In this document: one piece after another, positions 15,224 through 27,142 of the stretch
Position numbering within the stretch: the first letter of the stretch is position 1
Layout: each line of letters starts with the position of its first letter
Assembly (NCBI RefSeq): GCF_006345805.1
Contig: NC_043009.1
Location: 29,388,001 to 29,452,000 of the forward strand
DNA length: 64,000 nt
Reading direction: 5' to 3'
Source: Octopus sinensis
Lineage: Eukaryota
Made by a program: the position numbers and the translations under genes
Notes under the pieces: generated by a model
Database searches by the model: none
Seen by the model: only the letters and a program-made list of their open reading frames with translations
Told to the model about the DNA's origin: nothing

Positions 15224-15299
15224 GTGAGTACTGGAATCGGTTTTATATATAAATACACACACACACACACGCACACACACACAAACGCAGTGTTATTCT

Positions 15300-15535
15300 C
15301 CTGTCTGTATTCTTCTATCTACAATTTTATTCCTTATAAACTCTGAATTTCCCTGTCTAGAACTTTCATACTAACTCACTTTGTCTCTGATGACGGAACA
15401 TTCTGAGTACGGACATACTAGCCTATCACTTGGGATATCCCAGAAACAGCTGTAAGACTTCAAATTAAATATTCTAAATGACTTGAGATACTCGTCCTAA
15501 ATTGGTTTTGTTGTCCTTTTTTCCTCTAAGTAATA
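15300..15535 (+). mobile_element. Penelope-like terminal repeat (pLTR) relic
   Basis: Contains a CTGATGA...GAAACAGCTGTA hammerhead-like core, an arrangement characteristic of PLE termini. Boundaries approximate. Confidence 0.45.
15383..15458 (+). ncRNA. Minimal type I hammerhead ribozyme-like motif (probably degenerate)
   Basis: GTCT-CTGATGA(15387-15393)...GAAA(15443-15446)-CAGCTG-TA-AGAC. Stem I is GTCT/AGAC; stem III is the palindrome ACAGCTGT; the GUA triplet ends at 15454. Stem II is non-canonical. Confidence 0.5.
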
Positions 15536-15639
15536 TATATATATAAACAACTTACTGTAAATAAAACCAAGGGTGCGATGCGTTCCTTTAATAATAAGTT
15601 TTTAAAAAAATGTATAGTAAATGAACAAACGAAAAACAG

Positions 15640-16110
15640 ACGTAGAATGGCAAGTTAAAGAACATATAGTAAATGCACAGTTATCGGCCAGAGAGTCAAA
15701 TGCAATTTTGTGCCTTTAACGATAATATTATTTCCCTTCTAATGGCACCGGAAAGAGCTGCCGGAAAAATGGGATCGAGAATAGACAAACAATACATGGA
15801 TAAGAAGCAATACAGAAGTGGACATACAGAAATGAACAATATAATTCAAGACGTGACCGTTAGTGGACGGACGAGGGACAGAAATGAAATAAATAAATAA
15901 GCAGAATGTGGCCTTATGGCTAGGGGAAGATGAAGTACGGGTAACACTAATAGGGAAATCCCAAAGGATCAGAAACAGAAGGGCAACAGACAGCGAAACA
16001 GATTGAAGTGGAGACTAGAGAAATTACGACAGGTTGCTTCAACGGCTGGCGTAAAAAAATGGAGAAAAGAGGGAAAAAAAGGGTGATAACCGGTTACGTA
16101 TCAGTAGCGG
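15640..16110 (+). mobile_element. Decayed RTE-like LINE 3' end
   Basis: Fragments resembling KWxWAGHxAR and PKDQKQKGNRQRNRLKW (cf. PxxxKRxxGRPxxRW). Confidence 0.4.
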
Positions 16111-16149
16111 GCAGAAGAGAAAGAGTGTGAGAAGGATAGAGGCAGAAAG

Positions 16150-16198
16150 GCAGAAACATAAAGAGAATATATATATAATATATATATGCATATATATA

Positions 16199-16289
<91 letters not shown>

Positions 16290-16432
16290 ATATTATATAT
16301 ATATATTATATTTCGAGTAGCGTGCATATTGTGAAAACATTATATGGTTAATGGACAATATGTCCAATTTTTCGGCATATCTGGCATTAGTAATTTTTTC
16401 GTTTGCCCTTAATTATGAATTGTTTATATATA

Positions 16433-16471
<39 letters not shown>

Positions 16472-16552
16472 TATATATATAATATATATGCATATATATA
16501 TTATATATAAGCACAGACATGCACGCGTATATATAAAACCACACACACACAC

Positions 16553-16601
<49 letters not shown>

Positions 16602-16610
16602 TATATATAA
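16150..16610. repeat. (TA)n/(CA)n tracts
   Basis: Directly visible. Confidence 0.9.
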
Positions 16611-16825
16611 AGTATTTATTTCGATAACTCATGTACTTATACTTTCTTAACGGACATTTGAAAAATAATTGAAAACTAAATATTCTAAAAATAAATACCT
16701 ACCATTTATTCACCAATTGAAATCTAATAAATGTTTAAAATGAAGAAAATATATTAGAATCTTTTTCGTCATTCACATGGTTTCCATAATGAGTTTTTTA
16801 AGTCACGCTTAATTAATTGTTTCTA

Positions 16826-17411
16826 CAGTAATCCTTCGACTATGGCGGCTGTTACGTTCCAAACCACCCCACGCGATTGGTGAAAATCTGCAAAGTAGAA
16901 TCAGTACTGTACTGTACATTCTTCTTTTATTACCTCCAATTTAGCGAGGACGGAGGTATTGCTTTCTGTCGTGTTTATTTGTCCGTGGACCAGATATCTC
17001 AAGAACCGCTGGATGGATTCGGACGAAACCTTCAGGTATGTTTGGCCTTGTGATTAGCACGAACCGATTAGATTTTGGGATCGATCCGATACTGGATAAG
17101 GATTCTGGATTATTTTTTCTGTCATTTACTTAATTTTTGAGAGCGGTCGCGTTCATTTTTAGTATTTTCGTTTGTGAGTGCAGTCGAGTTTATTTCAGAT
17201 ATTCTCATTCTAAAAACCATCTCTGGCTAATCGTTGAGAGGACATCGGCGCTGCCTTGGCAGAGGTTTGCGCTTTCTGAGTACTCTTGTTATTTTCATAA
17301 TTTGTATATATTTATTTTATTATAAATGCAAAACAACACCACGGAAGAATCAACATAAGCTTAAGTAATAAATCGCGATAGGTGGCCCCGCGATATGACG
17401 AGTGATTGCTG
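16826..17411. mobile_element. pogo/Tigger-like MITE with TA TSD, interrupted by a Helentron-type element
   Basis: TA|CAGTAATCCTTCGACTATGGCGG at the left end; CCGCGATATGACGAGTGATTGCTG|TA at the right end (imperfect ~24-bp TIRs). Confidence 0.75.
16927..17292 (+). mobile_element. Non-autonomous Helentron/DINE-1-like element (HINE)
   Basis: Begins TTATTACCTCC..GGAGGT (5' hairpin); internal gatcgatccgat..ggat; ends CCTTGGCAGAGGTTTGCGCTTTCTGAGTACTCTTGTT. This matches the subterminal-IR layout of HINEs. Confidence 0.7.
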
Positions 17412-17686
17412 TATCTTCAAATATTTTGGTACATAGTATATTCGAAATAAACTCACACGCGCACACACACGCACGCACACACACACACACACACACATAC
17501 ACACACACACACACAAGACCAAAGAGTTCTAAGTAAATGTAACAAAATGCACACCTTTTATTACATTCAATTTAGACGGATTCTTTAAATTAACATCTTG
17601 ATGGAATTCCCTTACCATTTCATATGATACAAAATCCTTCACAAAGAGTTCGGCTTATGATCTTTGTTTCTTTTTATGTGTTACAG

Positions 17687-17708
17687 GTGAAAATATAGAT
17701 CTTGAACA
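17687..17708 (+). other. Candidate 22-nt microexon
   Basis: Strong pyrimidine tract tctttgtttctttttatgtgttacAG and donor GTAAGC; reads (G)ENIDLE. Confidence 0.2.
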
Positions 17709-18061
17709 GTAAGCCTAGATATAAGACTACATTCTTTCAAAATGAATTGTCTCAGCTTTCTCAGGCCAAACAATAATATCATTTCATCGTCTATTATTTG
17801 GACATACAGTTTATTGTTATTATATTTAGTAACATTTGGCATCAGGGTCTTTGACTGTCACAATGGTTTGTTATTTCAACTGATACACTTGAAAGACGTC
17901 TGGTTCTCTCGGAATTGGGAATGCATTTGATATTATCTTCCTAATCATAAACTTGTGTAAATTAAGTGAGAATATTCTGGAGACTTCCACTTTCTAAATG
18001 TTTCCCTTGCGTTTTACGTAGTTTCGCTCCCAGCCTTTAGGAAATGCGATGAATAAAGACT

Positions 18062-18271
18062 GATTTCAAATTTTGGCAGAAGGCCAGCAAGTTCGTGGGA
18101 AAGGAATAGATTACATCGATCCTAGTTCTCAGCTGGTATTTATTTTATCTACCCCGAAAAGATGAAAGGTAAAGTCGACCTCGGTGAATATGAACTCAGA
18201 ACTTAAAGACGGAAGAAATGCCGCTAAGCATTTAGCCCAGCACGTTAACGATTCTGCCAGCTTGACCGCCT
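18062..18271 (-). mobile_element. SINE family A (tRNA head + gtcgactttgcctttcatcc central domain), tail A
   Basis: Matches the many other copies in the window. Confidence 0.85.
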
Positions 18272-18581
18272 GAGGCAATGAACAAGTATTTAAAAAGAAT
18301 TCTATTGTTTGCTGTCTATACGGCTGTTTCGAATCTGTTCTGAATATTTGATTTCTGACAGCAACAATACTGTGATGCCAGTGATGCTGAAATTTTAGGC
18401 TTGATGCTTATATGAATTTGATTAAATTTGATATCTACCTTGGAGAGTGCAAGCAAGTCTGTCGTTAAGAAATTCAATTTCTAGCCACATCATTCCGAGT
18501 TCAGTCTTACTGCGTGTCATCTTGGGAAGTGTCTTCTTCTCTTGTCCCAGATTTATCAAAATCTTTTGAGCTGGCATGGTA

Positions 18582-19147
18582 CAAGGTGGGGCAGAGAGGA
18601 CAGAAGTTTTTGAAATGTCTATTACTTAGCCCCAGTGGGAGGGATATATGTCTGACAGGTACCTTTCGGTCTGTGGTGTCTTAGCATTTTGTTTTGTTAG
18701 GTGGAGCCATGGCCCTGTGGACAACAGAGCATCGTGTGTTTGTCTACGACAGTTACGTGAAGAATAACGAATGTCACAGCAGTTCAGCGTGAGTTTTGGC
18801 GCTACTTCAACATTCACCAAAATCAGGCTGTTCCCACCCGTAACACAATGTTATGTTGGGTGAATGCACTTCGTACATGAGGTACACTAATGAATAGGAT
18901 GCTGGTGGGGGCGCCACGAACGGTACGGATCCAGAAAAATGTGGAACACGTCATACAAGGTTTGAATCTGAATCGCTCTGCTCAGAGGCATTCCACTGAA
19001 CTTGGCATCGGTAATCGATCGTTAAGGCGTATTTTGCACGAAGACCTGCATTTCCACCCGTACAAATTGGTCATTGGGTTACAGCGGAAACCATGGGAAT
19101 ATGCACAACGGCTTAACTTCGCACGTCAGATGGATGCAATTTTTTAG
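18582..19147 (+). mobile_element. Tc1/mariner-superfamily transposon, 5' part (DUF4817-type HTH), truncated
   Basis: TA|caaggtggggcag TIR-like start. ATG at 18709 reads MALWTTEHRVFVYDSYVKNNE..VQREF..AVPTRNTM..PRTVR..RSLRRILHEDLHFHPYKL, with a frameshift and stops. Confidence 0.8.
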
Positions 19148-19449
19148 GCAAATGACAGTAGCAGCATTTCCATTATTGTCTTCAAAAAAGGATGGACCAA
19201 TGACAGCAGCTTTCCAGCAGCACACCAAACCGTCACTTTTGGGTTGTGCAGTGGTCTTTCGTGCAGTTCTCTCAGATTTTCAAGAATCCAATAACGACAA
19301 TTCCGTTGATTCATCAGGCCATTGAGATGAAAGCGAGCCTCATTAACTATTATTAATCTGTAATTGATATTTAGAATTGGTACTGAGCAAGTTTATCTTT
19401 CGACAGTAACACACACACACACACACACAACATATATATATATATGCAT

Positions 19450-19528
<79 letters not shown>

Positions 19529-19619
19529 CATATACATACCACATACATATATATACATATAGATATATTTATGTTTGTGTACGCATGTCTGTATGTATAT
19601 GTGTGCGTCTTTGTATTCT

Positions 19620-19830
19620 TATCCTGGCATAGGGCGATAATTGTGAACGAGTGTTACTGTCATACAAGCGGTGTCATTTCCCCCCCCCCCCCCAATCTTC
19701 CGTGAAAATATATCTTGACTTGTTGAAATATATTCCTTCTTTGGGAAGTGGTAAGAGTTAGCGACCAGGAAATCATCCAGCAGTAGAAAACATCTCTGTA
19801 AGAATTCCTTCTAACTTATGCAGGCATAAG
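19620..19830 (+). mobile_element. Old SINE remnant with RTE-type 3' tail
   Basis: gcggtgtcatt..aatcttccgtgaaaa..gttagcgaccaggaaatcatccagcagtagaaaa resembles RTE-derived SINE tails (by recall of the pattern). Confidence 0.4.
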
Positions 19831-20631
19831 AAAGTAAATATGATCATCATGATGATTTGTTACGCATGCAGCATCCTCTTAGCTTTCATTCTGATACGGA
19901 TTTTTTAATGCTTGTCTTCAAATACAACGCAGGAATATCTGTATAGAGCTAGCCCCACACTTCTGGAAAAAAAAAAGAGGAAAAGAAATTCAAACACCAC
20001 TTTGTATCACAAAGGTGGAACTAGCTACCTGGCATTATTTGTACCAGAGTTAGTAAACGTTAAGTTTTATCTAATGTACAACCATTACTGGGTAAACAGT
20101 ATTTGATACTTTGTTATAATAACAGGACACTAAAATTTATCGAAGTATAAAAGTTGATGTCGACATTTCGGCTAGCATCTTTGAAAACAAAACCGTATCT
20201 TTTATGGATGTAACAGTGAAAATTTATAGGTCACCAATGAAAGTTTATTGGTAAGTTATCATGTTCGATATCATTGGAAATCACCAGATAAATTCAAATA
20301 TATATTTATTCTCTTGTGATTATTGTCAATGTATAAAAGACAATATTGTATGAAATGTTTGGATGTCACATTGTTAGAAGTTTTATCAAGAAATACAAAG
20401 AAAATATCGTGAAAATTGATAAATATTTAACTTAAAATGAATAAAAATACGGATGTTTAGTACAAGCGTGATTATATCGGCTTTTTTTTTATTTTAGAAG
20501 AATGTAGGACTTAGCAACCTTTATGCTTTTTCTAAAAGTACGAATGTTAGCTATGTGTCTAGTGATGTACATCAGATAGCAAGAGTGTTTCACGACGGAT
20601 TTATCACTTCGCAATAGCATATGACACTTAA

Positions 20632-21190
20632 ATAGAGACACTCACACACACTAATGTACACACATATGTACGCAAGCAAATGCACATATACACGCATAAA
20701 TACACTCAGACGTGAACAGACATTCATACACAATCTCACGCACATATATACACAAACAAATACACATATACATACAGACATACACAAACACACATACACA
20801 CATATGAACACATACATATTACATGCAACAGATACGAACATATACATACATATATATAAATATGTAGTGATAGACACAGACACAGACACACACACACATA
20901 TACACACACACACAAGCATATACATTCGTTTCCACCTCTCTCTCCCCCCCATAGAGACACTCACACACACTAACGCACACACATATGCACGCAAGCAAAT
21001 GCACATATACACGCATAAATACACTCAGACGTGAACAGACGTTCATACACAATCTCACGCACATATATACACAAACAAATACACATATACATACAGACAT
21101 ACACAAACACACATACACACATATGAACACATACATATAACATACATGCAACAGATACAACAGATACATACATATATATAAATATGTAGT

Positions 21191-21237
<47 letters not shown>

Positions 21238-21277
21238 AAGCATATACATTCGTTTCCATCTCTCTCTCTCTCTTCCC
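20632..21277. repeat. Tandem duplication, 2 x ~320 bp of cryptically simple CA-rich DNA
   Basis: Copy 1 starts atagagacactcacacacactaa at 20632 and copy 2 at 20951; both end catatacattcgtttcca(c/t)ctctc. Confidence 0.9.
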
Positions 21278-21899
21278 ATACACACACATATATACACAAA
21301 TGAAAAAAAAAAAAACAGAAATAGAAGAAAATGAAGCACAAACAATGATCAATTCTCTGTAAATTTCCATTAATTCTAAACTGGCAAATATAGAATCTTA
21401 GAGTTTGGCATTGAGGAATTTCTTTGCGCGTAATAGGAGTGAAATGAAACACTTTTGTTTGATGAGAGATTCAAAAGTTTGAAACTTATCAACTGAAAGA
21501 GAAAGAGATAGAAAAACGCAGGCAGCTAAGAATATATACGTATATGTGTACGTAATTACACACACACACACACACACACACATACACACACACATACACA
21601 CATACACACACACACACATACACACACACACATACACACACATACACACACACACATACACACATAGCACACATATGTATGTATGTATATTCGTATATAT
21701 GTATGTGTGTATAAGTATGTCTATATATGAGAGCATATAAAGTAACACAGTCATACATATAGAAATTAAATCACGCTCACTTCACAAATACACATATTAT
21801 ACATACACAGACAGTTACAGACGCACACACTCACACACGCACATACACACACACACATCCCCACAGAAAAGTAAGAACAAATTGTATGCTAGAATTTTT

Positions 21900-22500
21900 A
21901 TCAAGTATTCCATATGTTCAAGAGAATGCAATAGATCATGTAAATGGTAATTGACTATGTTTGCCAAGAATTTAAATTGACATGAGACCAAAATGCCTTC
22001 AGGGGTAGATTTCTCTGATTTCCTGAAAGGAAACATGAAGATGTAGCTGGCTGACTTCTTTAAACTTATCCTGTTATCATTCACAATAGTCGTAGATTTA
22101 AAGACCGAGAAAAGAATGAGTATGTGAGAATATTTCTTGCCACCTCCTTCATATCCCAGCCCACCAGCCACCGGATGGTAAAATTGTCAAGTCGATAACT
22201 GCCTTATATACCTTGTTCTGGCATAAATAGCGTGTGTAGCATCACCGACCTCCTCGCTATATCTTCCCCTCTCTCCAGCATCACTAATATTAAGACGGTA
22301 TCAGCAATGGCTGTGCTTGCTCAACTGTGTCAAGCGATTCCATCTTGTTTCCAGCTCAGTAAATCTATTCTCTTAATGATTTCTGCTGCATTAAGCAATG
22401 GAAATCATCTGATGAATTGGATTACATTCTCTCGGCTTCACCAGTAAATTCACTAACTAATATGGACCTATAGTCTCTAGATTTGGATTCGACTGCTATG
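21900..22500 (+). mobile_element. Possible decayed LINE APE-endonuclease region
   Basis: Only the WKSSDELDYIL-like piece (cf. TW..G..NxIDYIL) is suggestive. Confidence 0.2.
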
Positions 22501-22569
22501 ATATGACCAGATGCGAGGAGAAAGTTCAGAAACAAGATGAGGTGAAAAAAAAATTATCTATTACAAATA

Positions 22570-22814
22570 GTGATGATGGTGATGATGATAATGATGATGA
22601 TGATGATGATAATGATGATGATGATGATGATAATAATTCTTTCTACAAGGCTTGCAATTTTAGAAGAGTAGGTCAGTCGATTACATCGACTCCAGTATTT
22701 ATTTTGTGGGCCCCGAAATGCAAAGATCTCAATGGAATTTGAACTCAGAACACAAAGGCAGACGAAACGCCGTTAAACATTTGCCCGACGCGCTAACGAT
22801 TCTGCCAACTCGCC

Positions 22815-22867
<53 letters not shown>

Positions 22868-22884
22868 TGATAATAATAATAATG

Positions 22885-22915
<31 letters not shown>
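22570..22915. repeat. (GAT)n and (AAT)n tracts flanking SINE-A copies
   Basis: Directly visible. Confidence 0.85.
22636..22814 (-). mobile_element. SINE family A
   Basis: Match to the family consensus within the window. Confidence 0.85.
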
Positions 22916-22916
<1 letters not shown>

Positions 22917-23308
22917 CCTTTCTACTAAAGGCACAAGGCCTGATATTTGGGGGAGGGGTACAGTCGATTACATCAACCCCAGTTCTCAGCTGGTACTTAA
23001 TTTATCGACCTGGAAAGGATGAAAGATAACGTCGACCTCGGTGGAATTTGAACTCAGAACGTAACGACAGGTGAAATACCTATTTCTTTACTACCCACAA
23101 GGCGCTAAACACAGAGGGGACAAACAAGGACAGACAAAGGGATTAAGTCGATTACATCGACTCCAGTGCGTAACTGGTACTTATTTAATTGAACCCGAAA
23201 GGATGAAAGGCAAAGACGCCCTCGGCGGAATTTGAACTCAGAACGTAGTGGCAGACGAAATACTGCTAAGTATTTCGCCCAGCGTGCTAACGATTCTACC
23301 AGCTCGCC
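22915..23308 (-). mobile_element. SINE family A tandem dimer (tail-B unit + tail-A unit)
   Basis: Junction gaaatacc|tatttctttactaccc at 23080/23081. Confidence 0.9.
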
Positions 23309-23355
23309 AATAATTAGAATAATGATAATAATAATGATGATAATAATAATAATAA

Positions 23356-23520
23356 TAGTTTCAAATTTTAGCACAAAGCCAGAAATTTAGAGTGAGGGGT
23401 AAGCTGATTACATCGACCCCAGTATCCAACTGGTACTTATTGTATCCACCCAGTAAGGATGAAAGGCAAATCGAGCTCGTTGGAATTTTAACTCAGGGCG
23501 TAAAGAACTCAGAACGTAAA
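23356..23520 (-). mobile_element. SINE family A, partial
   Basis: Match to the family consensus. Confidence 0.8.
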
Positions 23521-23814
23521 ATCTATCAATGTTGAATCTAGTGGGTTGGTGGATGTTAATGACTCCAGTACTTTACTGGAACTTCGTGTTATCAGACTCG
23601 GAAAAATAAATTCTGAAGTTATAAAGCAAGGACTGCAGTGAATATATTTATATCCTGGTGCAGATCTTAATCCCTTCGGACTGAATCAATGCTCGGAGTA
23701 GTTGGAGAAATTGTCCAAGTACAAGAATCTTGTCGCTGAAATAAGCAAAAAGGGAAATATCAGAATATAAATAGGGTCGATAATAATTGAAACCCTGGAT
23801 ATCTTCTAGCGTTT

Positions 23815-23965
23815 ACGTGTTTTACTCATTAGACTGCGACCATGCTGGGGCACAGCCTTGAAGAATTTTAGTCAAACGAATCGACTCCAGCCGCTAAGTT
23901 ACAGGGACGTAAACACACCCACACCGGTTGTCCAGCGGTGATGGAGAACACACACACACACACAG
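23815..23965 (-). mobile_element. SINE family B, 3' part with internal deletion
   Basis: gactgcgaccatgctgg..ccgctaagttacagggacgtaaacacacc. Confidence 0.8.
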
Positions 23966-23969
23966 GATC

Positions 23970-24640
23970 GAGCAGGATCCCAGTCAGTCTCCATCTCCAC
24001 AAGATACTTCCTCATCTGCTGTGGTCGTATGGCATGTGGTAGACCAGCACGAGCCGTCAACCGAGCCGAATCCTCAGTAAAGAGAACACGGCAAGCAGGT
24101 TCTAACTCGGAAAATCGAGCAACATGGCCATACAGTCTGCGCTAGCGCTCCCGAATCACACAAATCCAGATAAAGGTAAGCCATAGTCCGGCGAAGCATC
24201 CTGGTACCGTTTGCCTTTTTAACAATGTCGGAAAAAGATATTTGTAATAATAGTCTGGGTCAGAAAAGAATCCACACAGCGTCCCATCCAACTCTCAATA
24301 ATTCCAAAATTCGGCCTCACAACAGTTTTTCAAGTCAGGAAATTCCTTTATCCCACTAATCTCAAAACAAAATTGTACAAATCCAGAGAAATAGATCTGT
24401 ATGTTTTGCAAACACTTTGCACATGCAAATGCTACCAGTCGAAAGCTCCGCATACACCGGAAGCCAGCAAGCATATGAGGTCATCAGGAGAGAATGCACG
24501 CCGTTTCGCGGCCTACCTCTCGACGGCATCAATGGCCACCTCACTGATATGAAGCCCCGTTTGCTAGAACAACTGGTTATCAAATATAGCTCAATATTCT
24601 TCTAGCCATCGCTCATCGTCTCTTTTTAACGAAATCCTGT
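23970..24640 (-). mobile_element. RTE-clade LINE 3' fragment
   Basis: Minus-strand VIRER*RRLYGHVARFSELEPACRVL, preceded by frameshifted ELDGTLCGFF and MLRRTMAY pieces; typical RTE C-terminus. Confidence 0.75.
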
Positions 24641-25213
24641 GGCTAGCCTTTTCCACTGTAGTTTGGATATCTTTTATGGTGGTATTTACTTTACGATGAG
24701 TTAGGCCTAACGATAACTTACTTGAGCGATAGACATATAATTAATCGACTGCACCTGGCATCTTGATTATCTTTAATGGGATTCACTCTGTTCTCCGGTT
24801 TGTAGATAACTTCCCCCTCTCTCTCTTTCCCATCAGTCTCAGGGACACTGGAAAAGATTATGGATATTTCTGTCCTGACCTAAAAAAGATACAAAATGTG
24901 TACAGGGTATGTCAACGTAAGATCTTTGTGTTGTCTTTATTTTGGTCGATTGTCTCTATGCTAATGCGTAGAATATAAACATTCTCACAAGCAAACAGAC
25001 ACATAGTCATATACACATAGATAATCTAATACATACATAATGTAATCAATTATGGCTTGTTTCGCTTGCATGAACAGATTGACAAATGACATAAGAAGCA
25101 CTAAAATATACCTGGCATGGAAGAATTTTCAAAGGAAAATACGAAGTGGGGTTTCTCATTGTCTTTTTACAAGACATTTTGTTTGTATTGGTTACAATCC
25201 ATTGAACGAGTAC

Positions 25214-25276
<63 letters not shown>
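25214..25276. repeat. (GA)n microsatellite
   Basis: Directly visible. Confidence 0.95.
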
Positions 25277-25278
<2 letters not shown>

Positions 25279-25462
25279 AAGATAATTACTCCTAAGTACT
25301 CGATTGGTATTATATAAAATGAGTTATAAAATAATAAGTAAGCATGATCTCCGTGCGATTCGAACTTCTAGTCTACAGATCCAAAACAAATAATGTAAGA
25401 CAATTTACCCAACGCTTTAACAATTCCATCAGCATTTGCCAACTCGTCCACAGAGGATCAAC

Positions 25463-25681
25463 ATTATTCTTTTCTACTCAAGGCACAAGGCCTGAAATTT
25501 TGGGGGAGGGGGCCAGTCGATTAGATCGACTCCAGTACGCAACTGGTACTCAATTTATCGACTCCGAAAGGACGAAAGGCAAAGTCGACCTCGGCGGAAT
25601 TTGAACTCAGAACGTAAAGACGGACGAAATTCCGCTAAGCATTTTGTGCGGCATGCTAACGATTCTACCAGCTCACTACCT
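25463..25681 (-). mobile_element. SINE family A, near-consensus full copy
   Basis: Full head (gagctggtagaatcgttagc..ttctgagttcaaattcc) and tail A. Confidence 0.9.
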
Positions 25682-26119
25682 TACATGAGACCGACATTAT
25701 TGAAAGAAGATGTAAATGTATGAATAGCTAAAGATGATGAGGTTAATAGTTGGAAAAATTATCATTTTAATAACAATAACTCATGTTAATAACTGAAGTC
25801 ATTTAAATATTGCATCTATTCAATCCATCCTCTGTTCCTACCTCTACAACCCTTCCTCATTACATCTACAATTCTAATTAAGCATTAAAAAATGCTGTAA
25901 AATTATATTAGTGTTATCTTGATGTTATCTATTCATTAAAATGGCTCTAGATTGAAATCCTGCAGCGATCATGGTTGTCTTTGATCCTTGCAGAGTTCAA
26001 GAGATCACAAATAGTTGAGTGTTTTGAGTTAATTTAGGAAAATATGCCCCTCCCTTGCGAATACAAATAAACATTGTCTGCATGTGTAATTACGCTACAT
26101 TATTATTGTAATTAGTTGG

Positions 26120-26705
26120 GTAAAGCAGTGAGCTCGCAGAATCCTTAGTGTTCCGGGCAAAAAATACTTCGTGGCATTTCGTGCGTCTTTACATTCTAAG
26201 TTCGAATTCCGCCGAGGACGAATTTGCCTTTCCTCCAATTTGGGGTCGATGAAATAAATACCACTCGAGCTCTGGGGTCGATGTAATCGACTTACACCTT
26301 TCCTCAATCTTCCTGGCCTTGTGTCAAACTTTGAAATCTTAATTATTACAATTGATTAATTAATTTTTCGCCATTTCTTCTGTTTCTTTCTAAGTTCAAA
26401 TTCCGCCGGAGTCGACATTGCCTTTCAACCTTTCGCTGTCAAAAAAAAAAAAAAGTACTAGTTGAATACTAAAGTTGATGCAAATGAATTAATCCCACCC
26501 TGAAGTTGCTGGCCTTGTACTAAAATTTGAAATCATTATTATTTTTAGAATTGTTAAAATGTTACTTGGCATTTCTACCGGTTTTACATTATGAACTCAA
26601 ATTTCGCTGACCTGAACTTTGTCTTTCCTTCATTCGGGGTCGATAAAATAAGTACCAGTTGAGTCCTGGAGTCGACACTCCTTGTCCCTCGAAATAGGTG
26701 CCTAT
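26120..26705 (+). mobile_element. Cluster of three degenerate SINE-A copies
   Basis: Repeated ttcaaattccgccgagg..cctttc..gggtcgat at about 26200, 26390 and 26590. Confidence 0.75.
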
Positions 26706-26744
26706 AGAAGAAAAAAATACAAAACCTGTACAGTTAAGCCGGAT

Positions 26745-27135
26745 TGGCAGAGATTTTAGCTCTTACAGTGCTTCCCTACCACATAGTTCCTGGTTCAGTA
26801 CCTCGAGCAAGTGTCTTCTACTATAGCCTCGTGCCGACCCAAGCCTTCCTCCACACAACGTTTCCATCTATTATCACCTATTCTATAAGGTTTTGCTTTA
26901 CTAATAATTTCCCAAGTAATCGAAAATACTCTGTTACTATCTTTAAGAGCCAAATTAGCCTATTAAGGCTGGTACTATTCGTTTTGTTCCTATTTCTAAA
27001 CGAACTTAAATTATTGGTAATTGTCTGTTTAATATAACATGTGGTAGCACCTATATAGAAATATTCTCTGTTCTCAAACCCTTCAAAATGGCGTCCCAGC
27101 ATGACCGATGAGAAATGACCGAAACAAGTAAAAGG
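26745..27135 (+). mobile_element. SINE family B with middle replaced by ~210 nt of unrelated AT-rich DNA
   Basis: Head to ccgacccaagcctt (about 26845) and tail ccagcatgacc..gaaacaagtaaaagg (about 27085-27135). Confidence 0.65.
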
Positions 27136-27142
27136 TAAGAGA

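Noticed and set aside
16150-16310. Frequent single-base phase shifts (taat/atta) in (TA)n tracts
   Set aside because: Cannot be told apart from long-read indel error or ordinary slippage using the sequence alone.
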